Assembly: GCF_000026545.1 (NCBI RefSeq)
Contig: NC_011601.1
Direction: 5' to 3' (one strand)
Length of the DNA stretch: 64,000 nt
From: Escherichia coli O127:H6 str. E2348/69
GTDB lineage: Bacteria > Pseudomonadota > Gammaproteobacteria > Enterobacterales > Enterobacteriaceae
In this document: piece by piece, positions 34,292 through 45,997 of the stretch
Layout of the letters: each line of letters opens with the position of its first letter
Numbering within the stretch: position 1 is the first letter of the stretch
Notes under the pieces: model-generated
Database searches by the model: none
What the model was told of the DNA's origin: nothing
The model's input: the letters and a program-made list of their open reading frames with translations, nothing else
Program-made: the position numbers and the translations under genes

Positions 34292-34307
34292 TGGCATAGC
34301 TCCTGCA
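34292..34307 (+). promoter_or_regulatory. second sigma-54 (-24/-12) promoter-like element, upstream of the transporter gene
   Basis: TGGCATAGCTCCTGCA: TGGCA at -24 and TGCA at -12 with canonical spacing, about 40 bp upstream of ATG 34348. Confidence 0.5.
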
Positions 34308-34347
34308 ATAGCCAGGCAGGTTTTTTATTTTTCACAATGAGGTGAAT

Positions 34348-35847
34348 ATGTCATCAATATCCCATGGCGCACCACAAAAGCGTCGAATTATCCCTAATCC
34401 CGGCCTGTGGTTGGCGATCATTGCCGGAATTATTATTACCCTTCTGCCACTGGGCGATACCTTGCCCGTCGCCGGACAAAATATGATCGCCATTCTGGTG
34501 TTTGCCATTATTGTCTGGATCAGCGAAGCGATGGATTACACCGCCAGTGCAATTGTTATTTCCGCACTGATTATCTTTATGGTTGGTTTTGCCCCGGATA
34601 TGAATCACCCGGACACGATCCTTGGCACCGCGAAAGCGCTGAAAATGACTCTGTCGGGTTTTTCTAATTCTGCTCTGGCGCTGGTGGCAGCAGCAATGTT
34701 TATCGCGGCGGCAATGACCATTACCGGGCTGGATAAACGCATTGCGCTGTTTACTATGTCGAAAATAGGTGCCAGCAGCCGCAGCATTATTATCGGTGCC
34801 ATTGTGGTGACCATCGTCCTGAGCCTGGTCGTACCCAGTGCCACTGCCCGTACGGCTTGCGTGGTGCCGATTATGATGGGGGTCATTGCGGCATTTAAGG
34901 TGGATAAACATTCACGTTTAGCGGCGTCAATGATGATTGTTATCGCCCAGGCGACCAGTATCTGGAAAGTTGGTATTCAAACTTCGGCGGCGCAAAACCT
35001 GCTTTCTATCGGTTTTATCAATAAAACTTTCGGCGCCGGGCATTCTGTCAGCTGGCTTGACTGGCTGTTAGCGGGCGCGCCCTGGAGCCTCACCATGTCG
35101 GTGATCCTCTATTTCCTCGCACGTAAATTGTTGCCGCCAGAAACGGAAGCTGTTGAAGGGGGGAGCGAGGCCATTAAAAAAGCACTCGCAGAGTTAGGGC
35201 CAACCACCGGTAAAGAAAAACGCTTGATCGGTATTTCGCTGTTGTTACTGCTCTTTTGGTCTACTGGCGGAAAATTGCACAGTATTGATACCACCTCTGT
35301 CACCCTTGCCGGACTGGCGATTATGTTGCTGCCAGGCATCGGTGTAATGAGCTGGAAAGAGGTCGAAAAACGTGTGCAGTGGGGCACGTTGCTTATGTTT
35401 GGTATTGGTATCAGCCTGGGGTCCACGTTGCTTGATACACAGGCAGCTTCATGGATGGCGAACTATGTGGTGAAAGGTTTTGGTCTCGATGGCTTGCCAT
35501 CATTAGCCATCTTCGCGATTCTCGCCGCTTTCTTGATAATCATTCACCTGGGGTTTGCCAGTGCCACTGCGCTAACTGCCGCATTGCTGCCCATCCTGAT
35601 TAGCCTGTTAAGCAGTCTGCCGCCAGAACTCGGCGTTAACCCGGTCGGCATGACCATTCTGCTCGCCTTCAGTGTCAGTTTTGGCTTCATCCTGCCGATT
35701 AACGCGCCACAAAATATGGTGTGTATGGGTACGGATACCTTCACGCCACGCCAGTTTACCCGTGTGGGACTGTACCTGACGGTGATCGGCTACCTGTTGT
35801 TGCTACTGTTTGCCGCCACCTGGTGGAAAATTTTAGGTCTAATGTGA
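34348..35847 (+). CDS. DASS/CitT-family dicarboxylate (anion) transporter (about 499 aa)
   Basis: Polytopic membrane protein with two-repeat architecture typical of the divalent anion:Na+ symporter / CitT family; start at ATG 34348 after RBS GAGGTG. Confidence 0.8.
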   Translation: MSSISHGAPQKRRIIPNPGLWLAIIAGIIITLLPLGDTLPVAGQNMIAILVFAIIVWISEAMDYTASAIVISALIIFMVGFAPDMNHPDTILGTAKALKMTLSGFSNSALALVAAAMFIAAAMTITGLDKRIALFTMSKIGASSRSIIIGAIVVTIVLSLVVPSATARTACVVPIMMGVIAAFKVDKHSRLAASMMIVIAQATSIWKVGIQTSAAQNLLSIGFINKTFGAGHSVSWLDWLLAGAPWSLTMSVILYFLARKLLPPETEAVEGGSEAIKKALAELGPTTGKEKRLIGISLLLLLFWSTGGKLHSIDTTSVTLAGLAIMLLPGIGVMSWKEVEKRVQWGTLLMFGIGISLGSTLLDTQAASWMANYVVKGFGLDGLPSLAIFAILAAFLIIIHLGFASATALTAALLPILISLLSSLPPELGVNPVGMTILLAFSVSFGFILPINAPQNMVCMGTDTFTPRQFTRVGLYLTVIGYLLLLLFAATWWKILGLM

Positions 35848-35858
35848 GGAAACCAACG

Positions 35859-36932
35859 ATGTCATTACAAATTGCTGTTGAAAAAGTGCGTTGGTTAGCT
35901 GCCGGGCTGCTGGAACTTAATGGCTGTGATGCCGATATCGCTCAGGATGTGGCGGAACATATGATTGAAGCGGAACGTTATGGTTTTGCCAGCCACGGCG
36001 TCACGCTGCTACCGAAATATCTGGAAAATATCGCTCGTGGCGATGTAACCGCGAATGCCCGCCCGGAATGCTTAACAAGTGAAGGTAATTTACAACGTTT
36101 TCATGCCCACAATGGCTTTGGTCAACACGCCGGAAAAGTGGCGGTAAATGCTGCCATCGAACAAACAAAACACCGCGGTTTTTGCCTGTTAACGTTGTGC
36201 CATGCGCATCATTTAGGGCGTATGGGGCATTACGGGCAAATGGTTGCTGATCAAGGCCTGGCGATGCTGGCCATGAGTAACGTCACCGGGCGTCCGGCAC
36301 TGGTCGCCCCGTGGGGCGGTGCGGAACCGCGTATGACCACTAACCCTTTCTGCTTTGCCTGGCCGTTCAGTGATGGGCGTCCGCCGATTCTGGTTGATTT
36401 TGCCACCAGTAGCATGGCGCTAAATAAAGCACGGGTAATGTCGTCCACCGGGAAGCAGGCCGCGCCGGGACAATTGATCGATGCACAGGGGAATCCAAGC
36501 AATGATCCTGGGGTGTTATTCAGCAATCCTCCAGGGGCGTTACTGCCATTTGGTGAGCATAAAGGATTTGGCCTGGCACTGATGATTGAAATGATGGCGG
36601 GGATCTTATCTGGTGGTGACACGATCGCCGAAGATCATCAGACGGATGGATCTGCGCATAATCATCTTTTTGCGTTGATTATCGATCCTGATCAATTCAC
36701 CGATCTGGCAGGGGAGAAAGGGCAGTTCTTTGCGGATTATCTGTTAGCTACGCAGCCTCAACCTGGCGGCAATCCGGTGATTTACCCCGGTATGCCAGAA
36801 GCTGCCAACCGGGAACGCAATGCGAAGATGATTACGATCCCGGTATCATTCTGGTCCTGGGTAGTTGAACATTACGCCCGCAAAGGTATCGATTTGGGGT
36901 TACATCCTCAGGAATCAGCATTAGCTGGATGA
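35859..36932 (+). CDS. Ldh_2-family (malate / L-lactate / sulfolactate type) NAD(P)-dependent 2-hydroxyacid dehydrogenase (357 aa)
   Basis: Family-typical segments (GxxSHG region GFASHG, EHKGFGLAL); start placed at ATG 35859 after RBS GAGGAAA, rejecting the upstream extension that overlaps the transporter. Confidence 0.8.
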   Translation: MSLQIAVEKVRWLAAGLLELNGCDADIAQDVAEHMIEAERYGFASHGVTLLPKYLENIARGDVTANARPECLTSEGNLQRFHAHNGFGQHAGKVAVNAAIEQTKHRGFCLLTLCHAHHLGRMGHYGQMVADQGLAMLAMSNVTGRPALVAPWGGAEPRMTTNPFCFAWPFSDGRPPILVDFATSSMALNKARVMSSTGKQAAPGQLIDAQGNPSNDPGVLFSNPPGALLPFGEHKGFGLALMIEMMAGILSGGDTIAEDHQTDGSAHNHLFALIIDPDQFTDLAGEKGQFFADYLLATQPQPGGNPVIYPGMPEAANRERNAKMITIPVSFWSWVVEHYARKGIDLGLHPQESALAG

Positions 36933-38279
36933 TTCTGGTCGATAAACTTGCGGTTGAATCTGATGTTTGTTGAGTTTGTCATATAAAGTCTTGCGCGGCA
37001 GCTGTAATAGCCGCGCTGTCAAACTGACCTGGCCTTCCGTTTGTCGCAGCATATCTTCGATTAACTTTTTCTCGAAAGCATCAATGCAGGCGGTAAGGCC
37101 ACTCTCTTCTTGCTGAGTCATTGGTACTGGCTGGTGGTGGGTCAGTAAACCGAGAACAAAACGCTCTGCATTGTGTTTAAGTTCACGTACATTGCCAGGC
37201 CAACTTTGTGACTGCAACCAGGCCAGTAACATGGGAGAAATATCAGGCAGAGGACGATTATATTTTTGTGCCGCCTGACTGGCGAACCAGTAAAACAGTT
37301 CAGGGATATCTTCTCGTCGTTGGCGTAGAGGTGGAATATTCAGGCTAACCACATTCAGACGATAATAGAGATCGAGACGAAACAGATGTTCTTCGCTGCG
37401 ACGCAGTAAATCTTCCTTGGTCGCTGCAATAACACGGCAATTCACCGGAATTAATTGATTGGCACCTAATCGTTCAATGGTTCTTTCCTGCAATACACGT
37501 AGCAGTTTTACCTGCATTCCTGATGGCATTCCCTCTATTTCATCGAGAAATAACGTACCACCATTTGCATGTTCAATTTTTCCAATACGCTTTTTAACCG
37601 CACCGGTAAATGCGCCCGCCTCATGACCAAATATTTCGCTTTCAAACAACGTTTCTGGTAAGCCTGCACAGTTTAAGGCAACAAACTGCCCCTGACGGCG
37701 GGTACTCCAGTGATGCAGCATTCTGGCGACGACTTCTTTACCACAACCTGTTTCACCATAAATAAGGACATCGGCACCGGTATCTGCGACATTAAGGATC
37801 ATTTTACGCAGTTGTTGCATCTGCGGACTACGACCAATCAGCACCGGGCCATTTTCCTGTTGCAGATTCGCCAGTAATTGCTGATTTTCTAAAACCAATC
37901 GCCGTTTTTCTACCGCTCTGGCAATAATACTCAATAATTTATCTGAGCTACTTGGTTTCTCAATGAAATCGAATGCACCATTACGCATGGCATCCACCGC
38001 CATTTCCACGTCACCGTGTCCGGTAATTAAAATAACCGGAATTTTGCTATCCATTTCGTTGATGTAACTGAGGAGCTCTAGTCCTGATATTCCAGGTAAC
38101 CTGACATCGGTCAGTATAATAATGTTGGCCTGACTTTGAATAAGGGGAATACTGTGTTCTGCATCGCAACAGGAAATAACACGATAACCAGCCAGCGTGA
38201 GCGTTTGTTCACAGGCAAAACGTACATCGTCACTATCCTCAATATAAACTATAGTAATTTCACTGGATTTATTATTCAT
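36921..38279 (-). CDS. kguR: sigma-54-dependent two-component response regulator (NtrC/DctD family, 452 aa)
   Basis: Receiver domain with phospho-acceptor Asp (IILTDVRLPG), AAA+ domain with Walker A GETGCGKE and the sigma-54 contact motif GAFTGA, C-terminal Fis-type HTH; gene name from memory of the UPEC KguS/KguR system. Confidence 0.85.
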   Translation of the reverse strand: MNNKSSEITIVYIEDSDDVRFACEQTLTLAGYRVISCCDAEHSIPLIQSQANIIILTDVRLPGISGLELLSYINEMDSKIPVILITGHGDVEMAVDAMRNGAFDFIEKPSSSDKLLSIIARAVEKRRLVLENQQLLANLQQENGPVLIGRSPQMQQLRKMILNVADTGADVLIYGETGCGKEVVARMLHHWSTRRQGQFVALNCAGLPETLFESEIFGHEAGAFTGAVKKRIGKIEHANGGTLFLDEIEGMPSGMQVKLLRVLQERTIERLGANQLIPVNCRVIAATKEDLLRRSEEHLFRLDLYYRLNVVSLNIPPLRQRREDIPELFYWFASQAAQKYNRPLPDISPMLLAWLQSQSWPGNVRELKHNAERFVLGLLTHHQPVPMTQQEESGLTACIDAFEKKLIEDMLRQTEGQVSLTARLLQLPRKTLYDKLNKHQIQPQVYRPESSS

Positions 38280-40092
38280 GTTCTTCTCCCCATTCAGGCC
38301 AGGTTAATGTCATTACTGCGCCGCCTTCAGGATGATTACTGGCGTGGAGTGCGCCGTTCGAATTTCGGACAATTTCGCTGACTATTGCCAGTCCCAACCC
38401 CATTCCTCTACGTTTAGTGGTAAAAAATGGTTCAAATATGCGATCGACAACTTCAGGTGCAAAACCGCCACCGCTGTCTTTAATGGTAATAATAACTTTG
38501 TTATTTGCCTGGCGAATGGCGATATCCAGTCGTTTGTAAGAGCTACCTTCCATAGAATCTAAGGCGTTGCTAATTAAATTACTGAATATCTGTTCAAGAC
38601 CGAGCTCATCGCAATTGACAAATAACGGCATGGATGGGGCTTTTATTCGTCGCTCAATATTATTTTTCTCCATGCTGTGATTAAGTAACGCCACGGCGCT
38701 ATACATCACTTTGATGACATCGGCAGAACCTTTAGGTACGCGATGGCGCGAGGCAAATGCTTTAAGTTCGGAAATGAGCTGCGTCATCCGCTCAATCACT
38801 GAAATAATGTGTTTCAGATTCTGTTCAACCTGCGGATACATCTCTTTTTTTAGCATAGTACGCGCGTTATCAGTAAGTGCGTGAATGGCGGCTAACGGTT
38901 GATTTTGTTCATGGGCAATTTCGGTTGCCATCTGTCCAAGCGCCGCCAGTTTGCTGGACTCTGCCAGTTCACTACGCGTAATTTGTAATACTTGTTCAGC
39001 CTGACTGCGCTCTTTTATCTCCTGTATTAATTTTTGATTGATCAATTCCAGGGCAGATGTACGCTCTTTAACCTGTTTCTCTAATGTTTCATTCGCCAGT
39101 GTTAATAATTGTTGTGCATGAGATCGCATTCTCCAGTATTTAATAAATAACAAAAACAGCAGGTAAATAATTAGCGTAATGACTAACGAAATAGCCCATG
39201 ACCAGTACAGGTTATCTAAGGGGACCATAATTGTCATTTTCCAGTTAAATTCTGGAATGGCTATTTGTTGCGTATAATATTGCGGGAATAAACAGAGTTG
39301 TTCTTTTTTATCTTTCAGGAAAGTAAAATTGCTCACGGTATAACAGGGATAATAATCCGCCGGTAAAAGATTGTCGAGACTATATTGGCGGGTAGATTGT
39401 AGTTTTTGTTTTGCCTGAACAGGTAACGGTTGCAGTGTTCGCATTCGCCATGGCGATTTTGAACTTAAAAATATAATCCCATGTTCATCATTCACGATAA
39501 TATTTTCAGGACCTTCGGCCCATGCTTTTTCAATTTCATTAAGACTTATTTTTACTACTACAACACCGACAATTTTTCCTTTATCTTTTATACTTGTAGA
39601 GAGGAAGAATCCCGGTGTATTCGTAGTGCTACCAATACCGTAAAAGCGTCCATTTAAGCCAGACATGGCGTGTTTATAATAGGGGCGATAGCTATAATTT
39701 TGCCCTACATAGCTGCCGGGGTCCTGCCAGTTGCTAGAAGCGATGGCCTTACCTTGGGTATCCAGAATAAATATTGCTGCGGTTTTGAGTTGAGTATTGA
39801 AATGTGCAATTCGTTGATTGAGTTCGCTGGACATCATATCGTCAGGCGTAATTACCGCCTGACGGATGATATGGTCTGTTGAGAGCATATAGGGTAAAAC
39901 ATAAAATTGCTCGATGGTGGAATATAATGTGGACTTATACATTTCAAGCCGCATTTTATCGGTACCGGACAAGGTATTAAAACGCAAGTGCAAAAAAGCG
40001 ATTGAAACCGCGAGCATGATAAGAAAAAGTGAAATGCTTGTAATGTGAAATCGCCATTTGTTCTTAAATATATAATTCCACGATATTTTCAT
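38272..40092 (-). CDS. kguS: periplasmic-sensing histidine kinase (DctB-like, 606 aa)
   Basis: Two transmembrane segments flanking a large periplasmic domain, H-box ATEIAHEQNQPL, ATP-binding G-boxes; 8-bp overlap with the regulator gene; gene name from memory. Confidence 0.85.
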   Translation of the reverse strand: MKISWNYIFKNKWRFHITSISLFLIMLAVSIAFLHLRFNTLSGTDKMRLEMYKSTLYSTIEQFYVLPYMLSTDHIIRQAVITPDDMMSSELNQRIAHFNTQLKTAAIFILDTQGKAIASSNWQDPGSYVGQNYSYRPYYKHAMSGLNGRFYGIGSTTNTPGFFLSTSIKDKGKIVGVVVVKISLNEIEKAWAEGPENIIVNDEHGIIFLSSKSPWRMRTLQPLPVQAKQKLQSTRQYSLDNLLPADYYPCYTVSNFTFLKDKKEQLCLFPQYYTQQIAIPEFNWKMTIMVPLDNLYWSWAISLVITLIIYLLFLLFIKYWRMRSHAQQLLTLANETLEKQVKERTSALELINQKLIQEIKERSQAEQVLQITRSELAESSKLAALGQMATEIAHEQNQPLAAIHALTDNARTMLKKEMYPQVEQNLKHIISVIERMTQLISELKAFASRHRVPKGSADVIKVMYSAVALLNHSMEKNNIERRIKAPSMPLFVNCDELGLEQIFSNLISNALDSMEGSSYKRLDIAIRQANNKVIITIKDSGGGFAPEVVDRIFEPFFTTKRRGMGLGLAIVSEIVRNSNGALHASNHPEGGAVMTLTWPEWGEEHE

Positions 40093-40272
40093 TCATCATC
40101 CATTGAATGCATTTATATTTATCATCAGTATATTCCCTGAACAATGTTTGCGAGAACCAAAAGAGTGCCATTGTGTGAATGTGTAAGCAGAATAACCGTG
40201 GCAATGTGTGGTTTATCGCACAGGTATTCCAAATGTGATCATGCTCTTTTTATGTGACAAATCCGCAGATAA

Positions 40273-41082
<810 letters not shown>

Positions 41083-41192
41083 CAGAGCGGGAGAGCGTAA
41101 TACTCTCCCGAATGCTGTTTTTTTAATCACACCTTTATCCTTTCGCTGTCTTGCTGCAAACTGATTAAGAGAGTTTTATCAAGGAGCAGCAC

Positions 41193-41609
41193 ATGTGGTA
41201 TCAAAAGACGCTCACGCTTAGCGCCAAATCTCGTGGGTTTCATCTGGTAACGGATGAAATTCTGAATCAGCTGGCTGATATGCCGCGCGTTAACATCGGC
41301 TTACTGCATCTGTTGCTGCAACATACCTCCGCCTCTCTGACACTTAATGAGAACTGCGATCCCACCGTACGCCACGACATGGAGCGTTTTTTCCTCCGCG
41401 CCGTTCCCGATAACGGAAATTATGAGCATGACTATGAGGGAGCAGACGATATGCCTTCTCATATCAAATCCTCAATGCTGGGAACATCGCTTGTATTGCC
41501 GGTGCATAAAGGGCGTATTCAGACCGGCACCTGGCAAGGCATCTGGCTGGGGGAACATCGCATCCACGGCGGATCGCGTCGCATCATCGCGACACTACAA
41601 GGGGAGTGA
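41193..41609 (+). CDS. yjbQ: UPF0047-family protein YjbQ (138 aa)
   Basis: Translation matches YjbQ. Confidence 0.85.
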   Translation: MWYQKTLTLSAKSRGFHLVTDEILNQLADMPRVNIGLLHLLLQHTSASLTLNENCDPTVRHDMERFFLRAVPDNGNYEHDYEGADDMPSHIKSSMLGTSLVLPVHKGRIQTGTWQGIWLGEHRIHGGSRRIIATLQGE

Positions 41610-41612
41610 AAA

Positions 41613-41969
41613 ATGACCATTTCGGAGTTGCTACAATATTGCATGGCAAAACCAGGCGCAGGACAGAGCGTGCATAACGACTGGAAAGCGACGCAGATCA
41701 AAGTGGAAGATGTGCTGTTTGCGATGGTGAAAGAAGTAGAAAATCGCCCAGCTGTTTCGCTGAAAACCAGCCCGGAGCTGGCGGAGCTGCTACGTCAGCA
41801 GCACAGCGATGTGCGTCCAAGCCGCCATCTGAATAAAGCGCACTGGAGCACCGTGTATCTCGACGGTTCGCTGCCGGATTCGCAAATCTATTATCTGGTG
41901 GATGCGTCTTATCAGCAGGCGGTGAATTTGCTGCCGGAAGAAAAACGTAAATTGCTGGTGCAACTCTGA
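41613..41969 (+). CDS. yjbR: conserved protein YjbR (118 aa)
   Basis: Translation matches YjbR. Confidence 0.85.
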   Translation: MTISELLQYCMAKPGAGQSVHNDWKATQIKVEDVLFAMVKEVENRPAVSLKTSPELAELLRQQHSDVRPSRHLNKAHWSTVYLDGSLPDSQIYYLVDASYQQAVNLLPEEKRKLLVQL

Positions 41970-41975
41970 AAGAAG

Positions 41976-41998
41976 AAGGCCGCTCTGAAAGCGGCCTT
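41976..41998. terminator. bidirectional terminator hairpin between convergent yjbR and uvrA
   Basis: AAGGCCGC-TCTGAAA-GCGGCCTT perfect stem. Confidence 0.6.
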
Positions 41999-42003
41999 AA
42001 CGA

Positions 42004-44826
42004 TTACAGCATCGGCTTGAGGAAGCGCGCCGTATGCGAAGCTTCGCACTCTGCGACGGTTTCTGGCGTACCGGAGACGAGGATTTCGCCGCCCCCACTG
42101 CCGCCTTCCGGTCCCAGGTCGACAATCCAGTCAGCGGTTTTGATCACGTCGAGATTGTGCTCAATTACCACAATGGTATTGCCCTGATCGCGCAGTTTAT
42201 GCAGTACGTCGAGCAGTTGCTGAATATCGGCGAAGTGCAGACCGGTGGTCGGCTCGTCGAGAATATACAGCGTCTGCCCGGTGCCGCGTTTTGACAGCTC
42301 ACGCGCCAGCTTCACGCGCTGGGCTTCACCACCAGAAAGTGTGGTTGCGGACTGCCCGAGGCGAATGTACGTCAGGCCAACATCCATCAGCGTTTGCAGC
42401 TTACGCGCCAGAGCTGGCACCGCATCAAAGAACTCACGCGCCTCTTCGATGGTCATATCCAGCACTTCGTGGATGGTTTTGCCTTTGTACTTAATCTCCA
42501 GCGTTTCACGGTTATAGCGTTTGCCTTTGCACTGGTCGCACGGTACGTAAATGTCCGGCAGGAAGTGCATCTCCACTTTGATCACGCCGTCGCCCTGACA
42601 GGCCTCGCAGCGTCCGCCACGGACGTTAAAGCTGAAACGTCCTGGCGTATAGCCGCGCGCACGGGATTCCGGTACGCCCGCAAACAGTTCGCGCACAGGT
42701 GTAAACACGCCGGTATAGGTCGCCGGGTTAGAACGAGGAGTACGACCAATTGGGCTTTGGTCGATATCGATCACTTTATCGAAATGCTCCAGTCCCTGAA
42801 TATCGCGATACGGTGCCGGTTCGGCGATGGTCGCACCATTCAACTGGCGTTGGGCAATCGGGAACAGTGTGTCGTTAATCAGCGTGGATTTACCGGAACC
42901 CGAAACCCCAGTAATACAGGTAAACAGACCAACTGGCAGCGTTAGCGTCACATCTTTCAGGTTGTTGCCGCGTGCGCCCGTCAGTTTCAGCACTTTTTCC
43001 GGATTTGCCGGAACGCGTTTCTTCGGCACTTCAATCTTGCGTTTACCGCTCATGTACTGCCCGGTCAACGACTCAGGCACCGCCATAATTGCTTCCAGTG
43101 GACCTTCCGCGACCACTTCACCGCCGTGAACACCCGCACCCGGACCGATATCGATCACATGATCAGCGGCGCGAATCGCGTCTTCGTCGTGCTCCACCAC
43201 AATCACGGTATTACCGAGATCGCGCAGATGGATAAGCGTACCCAACAGGCGCTCGTTATCGCGCTGGTGCAGGCCGATAGACGGCTCATCCAGCACGTAC
43301 ATCACGCCAACCAGGCCTGCACCAATCTGGCTCGCCAGACGAATACGCTGGGCTTCACCGCCGGAAAGTGTCTCTGCCGAGCGGGAAAGTGTCAGGTAAT
43401 TCAGGCCGACGTTAACGAGGAATTTCAGACGATCGCCGATCTCTTTAAGGATTTTTTCTGCAATCTTCGCCCGCTGACCTGCGAGTTTGAGATTGTTGAA
43501 GAATTCCATCGCATGACCGATGCTCATGTCGGAGATGGCGGGCAGCGGCGTATTCTCGACATACACGTGGCGTGCTTCCCGACGCAGACGGGTTCCTTCG
43601 CAGCTGGCGCACGGACGATTGCTGATAAACTTGGCTAATTCTTCACGTACCGCACTGGATTCCGTCTCTTTATAACGGCGCTCCATATTGTGCAGCACGC
43701 CTTCGAACGGATGACGACGAATGGAGGTATCGCCACGATCGTTCATGTATTTGAATTCAATATTTTCTTTGCCAGAACCGTACAACACCACTTTATGCAC
43801 GTTCGCGCTCAGGCTGCCCCACGGCGCTTCGACGTCGAACTTATAGTGATCTGCCAGCGATTTCAGCATCTGGAAATAATAGAAGTTGCGGCGATCCCAG
43901 CCACGGATCGCACCGCCAGCCAGCGACAATTCCGGATTCTGGATCACGCGGTCAGGATCGAAATATTGCTGTACGCCAAGACCGTCACAGGTCGGGCAGG
44001 CTCCCGCCGGGTTGTTAAATGAAAACAGGCGAGGTTCCAGCTCGCGCATACTGTAACCGCAAATCGGGCAGGCAAAGTTGGCGGAGAACAGCAGCTCTTC
44101 CGCTTTCGGGTCGTCCATATCCGCCACTACCGCGGTACCACCGGAAAGCTCCAGCGCGGTTTCAAACGACTCGGCAAGACGTTGGGTAAGATCGTCACGC
44201 ACTTTGAAGCGATCAACCACCACTTCAATGGTATGTTTCTTTTGCAGTTCCAGTTTCGGCGGATCGGAAAGATCGCAGACTTCGCCATCAATACGAGCAC
44301 GGATGTAACCCTGGCTTGCCAGGTTCTCCAGCGTTTTGGTGTGTTCGCCTTTGCGCTCTTTAATGATTGGCGCGAGCAGCATCAGACGCTTGCCTTCCGG
44401 CTGGGACAACACGTTATCCACCATCTGACTGACGGTTTGCGCCGCCAGCGGTACATCGTGGTCCGGGCAGCGTGGCTCACCAACGCGAGCGTACAGCAGA
44501 CGCAAATAGTCGTGGATTTCGGTGATTGTCCCCACCGTAGAGCGCGGGTTATGAGACGTCGATTTCTGCTCAATTGAGATGGCAGGAGAAAGCCCTTCAA
44601 TATGGTCGACGTCCGGCTTCTCCATCAGTGACAGAAACTGCCGCGCGTAGGCGGAAAGGGATTCAACGTAACGGCGCTGCCCTTCGGCATATAAGGTGTC
44701 GAAAGCGAGCGAGGATTTGCCAGAACCCGAAAGCCCGGTCACGACAATAAGCTTGTCGCGGGGGATAACGAGGTTGATGTTTTTGAGATTATGGGTGCGG
44801 GCGCCCCGAACTTCGATCTTATCCAT
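42004..44826 (-). CDS. uvrA: excinuclease ABC subunit UvrA (940 aa)
   Basis: Two ABC ATPase modules ([10 protein letters not shown] and [11 protein letters not shown]alker A motifs), zinc-finger CxxC pairs; full-length match to UvrA. Confidence 0.95.
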   Translation of the reverse strand: MDKIEVRGARTHNLKNINLVIPRDKLIVVTGLSGSGKSSLAFDTLYAEGQRRYVESLSAYARQFLSLMEKPDVDHIEGLSPAISIEQKSTSHNPRSTVGTITEIHDYLRLLYARVGEPRCPDHDVPLAAQTVSQMVDNVLSQPEGKRLMLLAPIIKERKGEHTKTLENLASQGYIRARIDGEVCDLSDPPKLELQKKHTIEVVVDRFKVRDDLTQRLAESFETALELSGGTAVVADMDDPKAEELLFSANFACPICGYSMRELEPRLFSFNNPAGACPTCDGLGVQQYFDPDRVIQNPELSLAGGAIRGWDRRNFYYFQMLKSLADHYKFDVEAPWGSLSANVHKVVLYGSGKENIEFKYMNDRGDTSIRRHPFEGVLHNMERRYKETESSAVREELAKFISNRPCASCEGTRLRREARHVYVENTPLPAISDMSIGHAMEFFNNLKLAGQRAKIAEKILKEIGDRLKFLVNVGLNYLTLSRSAETLSGGEAQRIRLASQIGAGLVGVMYVLDEPSIGLHQRDNERLLGTLIHLRDLGNTVIVVEHDEDAIRAADHVIDIGPGAGVHGGEVVAEGPLEAIMAVPESLTGQYMSGKRKIEVPKKRVPANPEKVLKLTGARGNNLKDVTLTLPVGLFTCITGVSGSGKSTLINDTLFPIAQRQLNGATIAEPAPYRDIQGLEHFDKVIDIDQSPIGRTPRSNPATYTGVFTPVRELFAGVPESRARGYTPGRFSFNVRGGRCEACQGDGVIKVEMHFLPDIYVPCDQCKGKRYNRETLEIKYKGKTIHEVLDMTIEEAREFFDAVPALARKLQTLMDVGLTYIRLGQSATTLSGGEAQRVKLARELSKRGTGQTLYILDEPTTGLHFADIQQLLDVLHKLRDQGNTIVVIEHNLDVIKTADWIVDLGPEGGSGGGEILVSGTPETVAECEASHTARFLKPML

Positions 44827-44911
44827 TCACCTTTCCCGGATTAAACGCTTTTTTGCCCGGTGGCATGGTGCTACCGGCGATCACAAACGGTTAATTATGA
44901 CACAAATTGAC

Positions 44912-44927
44912 CTGAATGAATATACAG
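44912..44927. promoter_or_regulatory. LexA box in the divergent uvrA / ssb promoter region
   Basis: CTGAATGAATATACAG (CTG-N10-CAG SOS box) between uvrA and ssb. Confidence 0.75.
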
Positions 44928-45080
44928 TATTGGAATGCATTACCCGGAGTGTTGTGTAACAATGTCTGGCCAGGTTTGTTTCCCGGAACCGAGGTCACAA
45001 CATAGTAAAAGCGCTATTGGTAATGGTACAATCGCGCGTTTACACTTATTCAGAACGATTTTTTTTCAGGAGACACGAAC

Positions 45081-45617
45081 ATGGCCAGCAGAGGCGTAAA
45101 CAAGGTTATTCTCGTTGGTAATCTGGGTCAGGACCCGGAAGTACGCTACATGCCAAATGGTGGCGCAGTTGCCAACATTACGCTGGCTACTTCCGAATCC
45201 TGGCGTGATAAAGCGACCGGCGAGATGAAAGAGCAGACTGAATGGCACCGCGTTGTGCTGTTCGGCAAACTGGCAGAAGTGGCCAGCGAATATCTGCGTA
45301 AAGGTTCTCAGGTTTATATCGAAGGCCAGCTGCGTACCCGCAAATGGACCGATCAATCCGGTCAGGATCGCTACACCACAGAAGTCGTGGTGAACGTTGG
45401 CGGCACCATGCAGATGTTGGGTGGTCGTCAGGGTGGTGGCGCTCCTGCAGGTGGCAATATCGGTGGTGGTCAGCCGCAGGGCGGTTGGGGTCAGCCTCAG
45501 CAGCCGCAGGGTGGCAATCAGTTCAGCGGCGGCGCGCAGTCTCGCCCGCAGCAGTCCGCTCCGGCAGCGCCGTCTAACGAGCCGCCGATGGACTTTGATG
45601 ACGATATTCCGTTCTGA
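45081..45617 (+). CDS. ssb: single-stranded DNA-binding protein Ssb (178 aa)
   Basis: OB-fold N-terminus [28 protein letters not shown], Gly/Gln-rich linker, acidic tail DFDDDIPF. Confidence 0.95.
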   Translation: MASRGVNKVILVGNLGQDPEVRYMPNGGAVANITLATSESWRDKATGEMKEQTEWHRVVLFGKLAEVASEYLRKGSQVYIEGQLRTRKWTDQSGQDRYTTEVVVNVGGTMQMLGGRQGGGAPAGGNIGGGQPQGGWGQPQQPQGGNQFSGGAQSRPQQSAPAAPSNEPPMDFDDDIPF

Positions 45618-45715
45618 TTTGTCATTAAAACAATAGGTTATATTGTTTTAAGGTGGATGATTAAAGCATCTGCCAGCCATAAAAAAGAAGCCTCCGTTAT
45701 GGAGGCTTCTACATA

Positions 45716-45997
45716 TCAAGTCAAAATCATTGGCCATTGTGGCGGTGTCTGATTCATCTCTTCTACCATCACCGACTCGATGTTGTGCCAGATGGCGGTG
45801 ATATCCGCCATTGTGATGCCAAGCAACCCCATTGCGAACCAGCAGGCGGAAACTACGCCTAGACCGCTGCTGATCACTGCAAGCCCGACATAATCAGCCC
45901 GACGAAAACGGATGTTGAGCGTGCTAGCCAGAAACATCATTACGGCACTAAGAAGTTGCCAGCGAAGAAGAACCACGCCAGTGGTGAGGGTAGCCAT
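45716..45997 (-). CDS. yjcB: small inner-membrane protein YjcB (93 aa)
   Basis: Translation from MATLTTGVVLLRWQLL matches YjcB as remembered; six-frame ORF extends upstream. Confidence 0.6.
   Translation of the reverse strand: MATLTTGVVLLRWQLLSAVMMFLASTLNIRFRRADYVGLAVISSGLGVVSACWFAMGLLGITMADITAIWHNIESVMVEEMNQTPPQWPMILT

Noticed and set aside
45397-45636. ORFs overlapping the 3' half of ssb in other frames (45344-45577, 45397-45636)
   Set aside because: Products of the GC-rich Gly/Gln-codon repeat region of ssb read out of frame; not independent genes.
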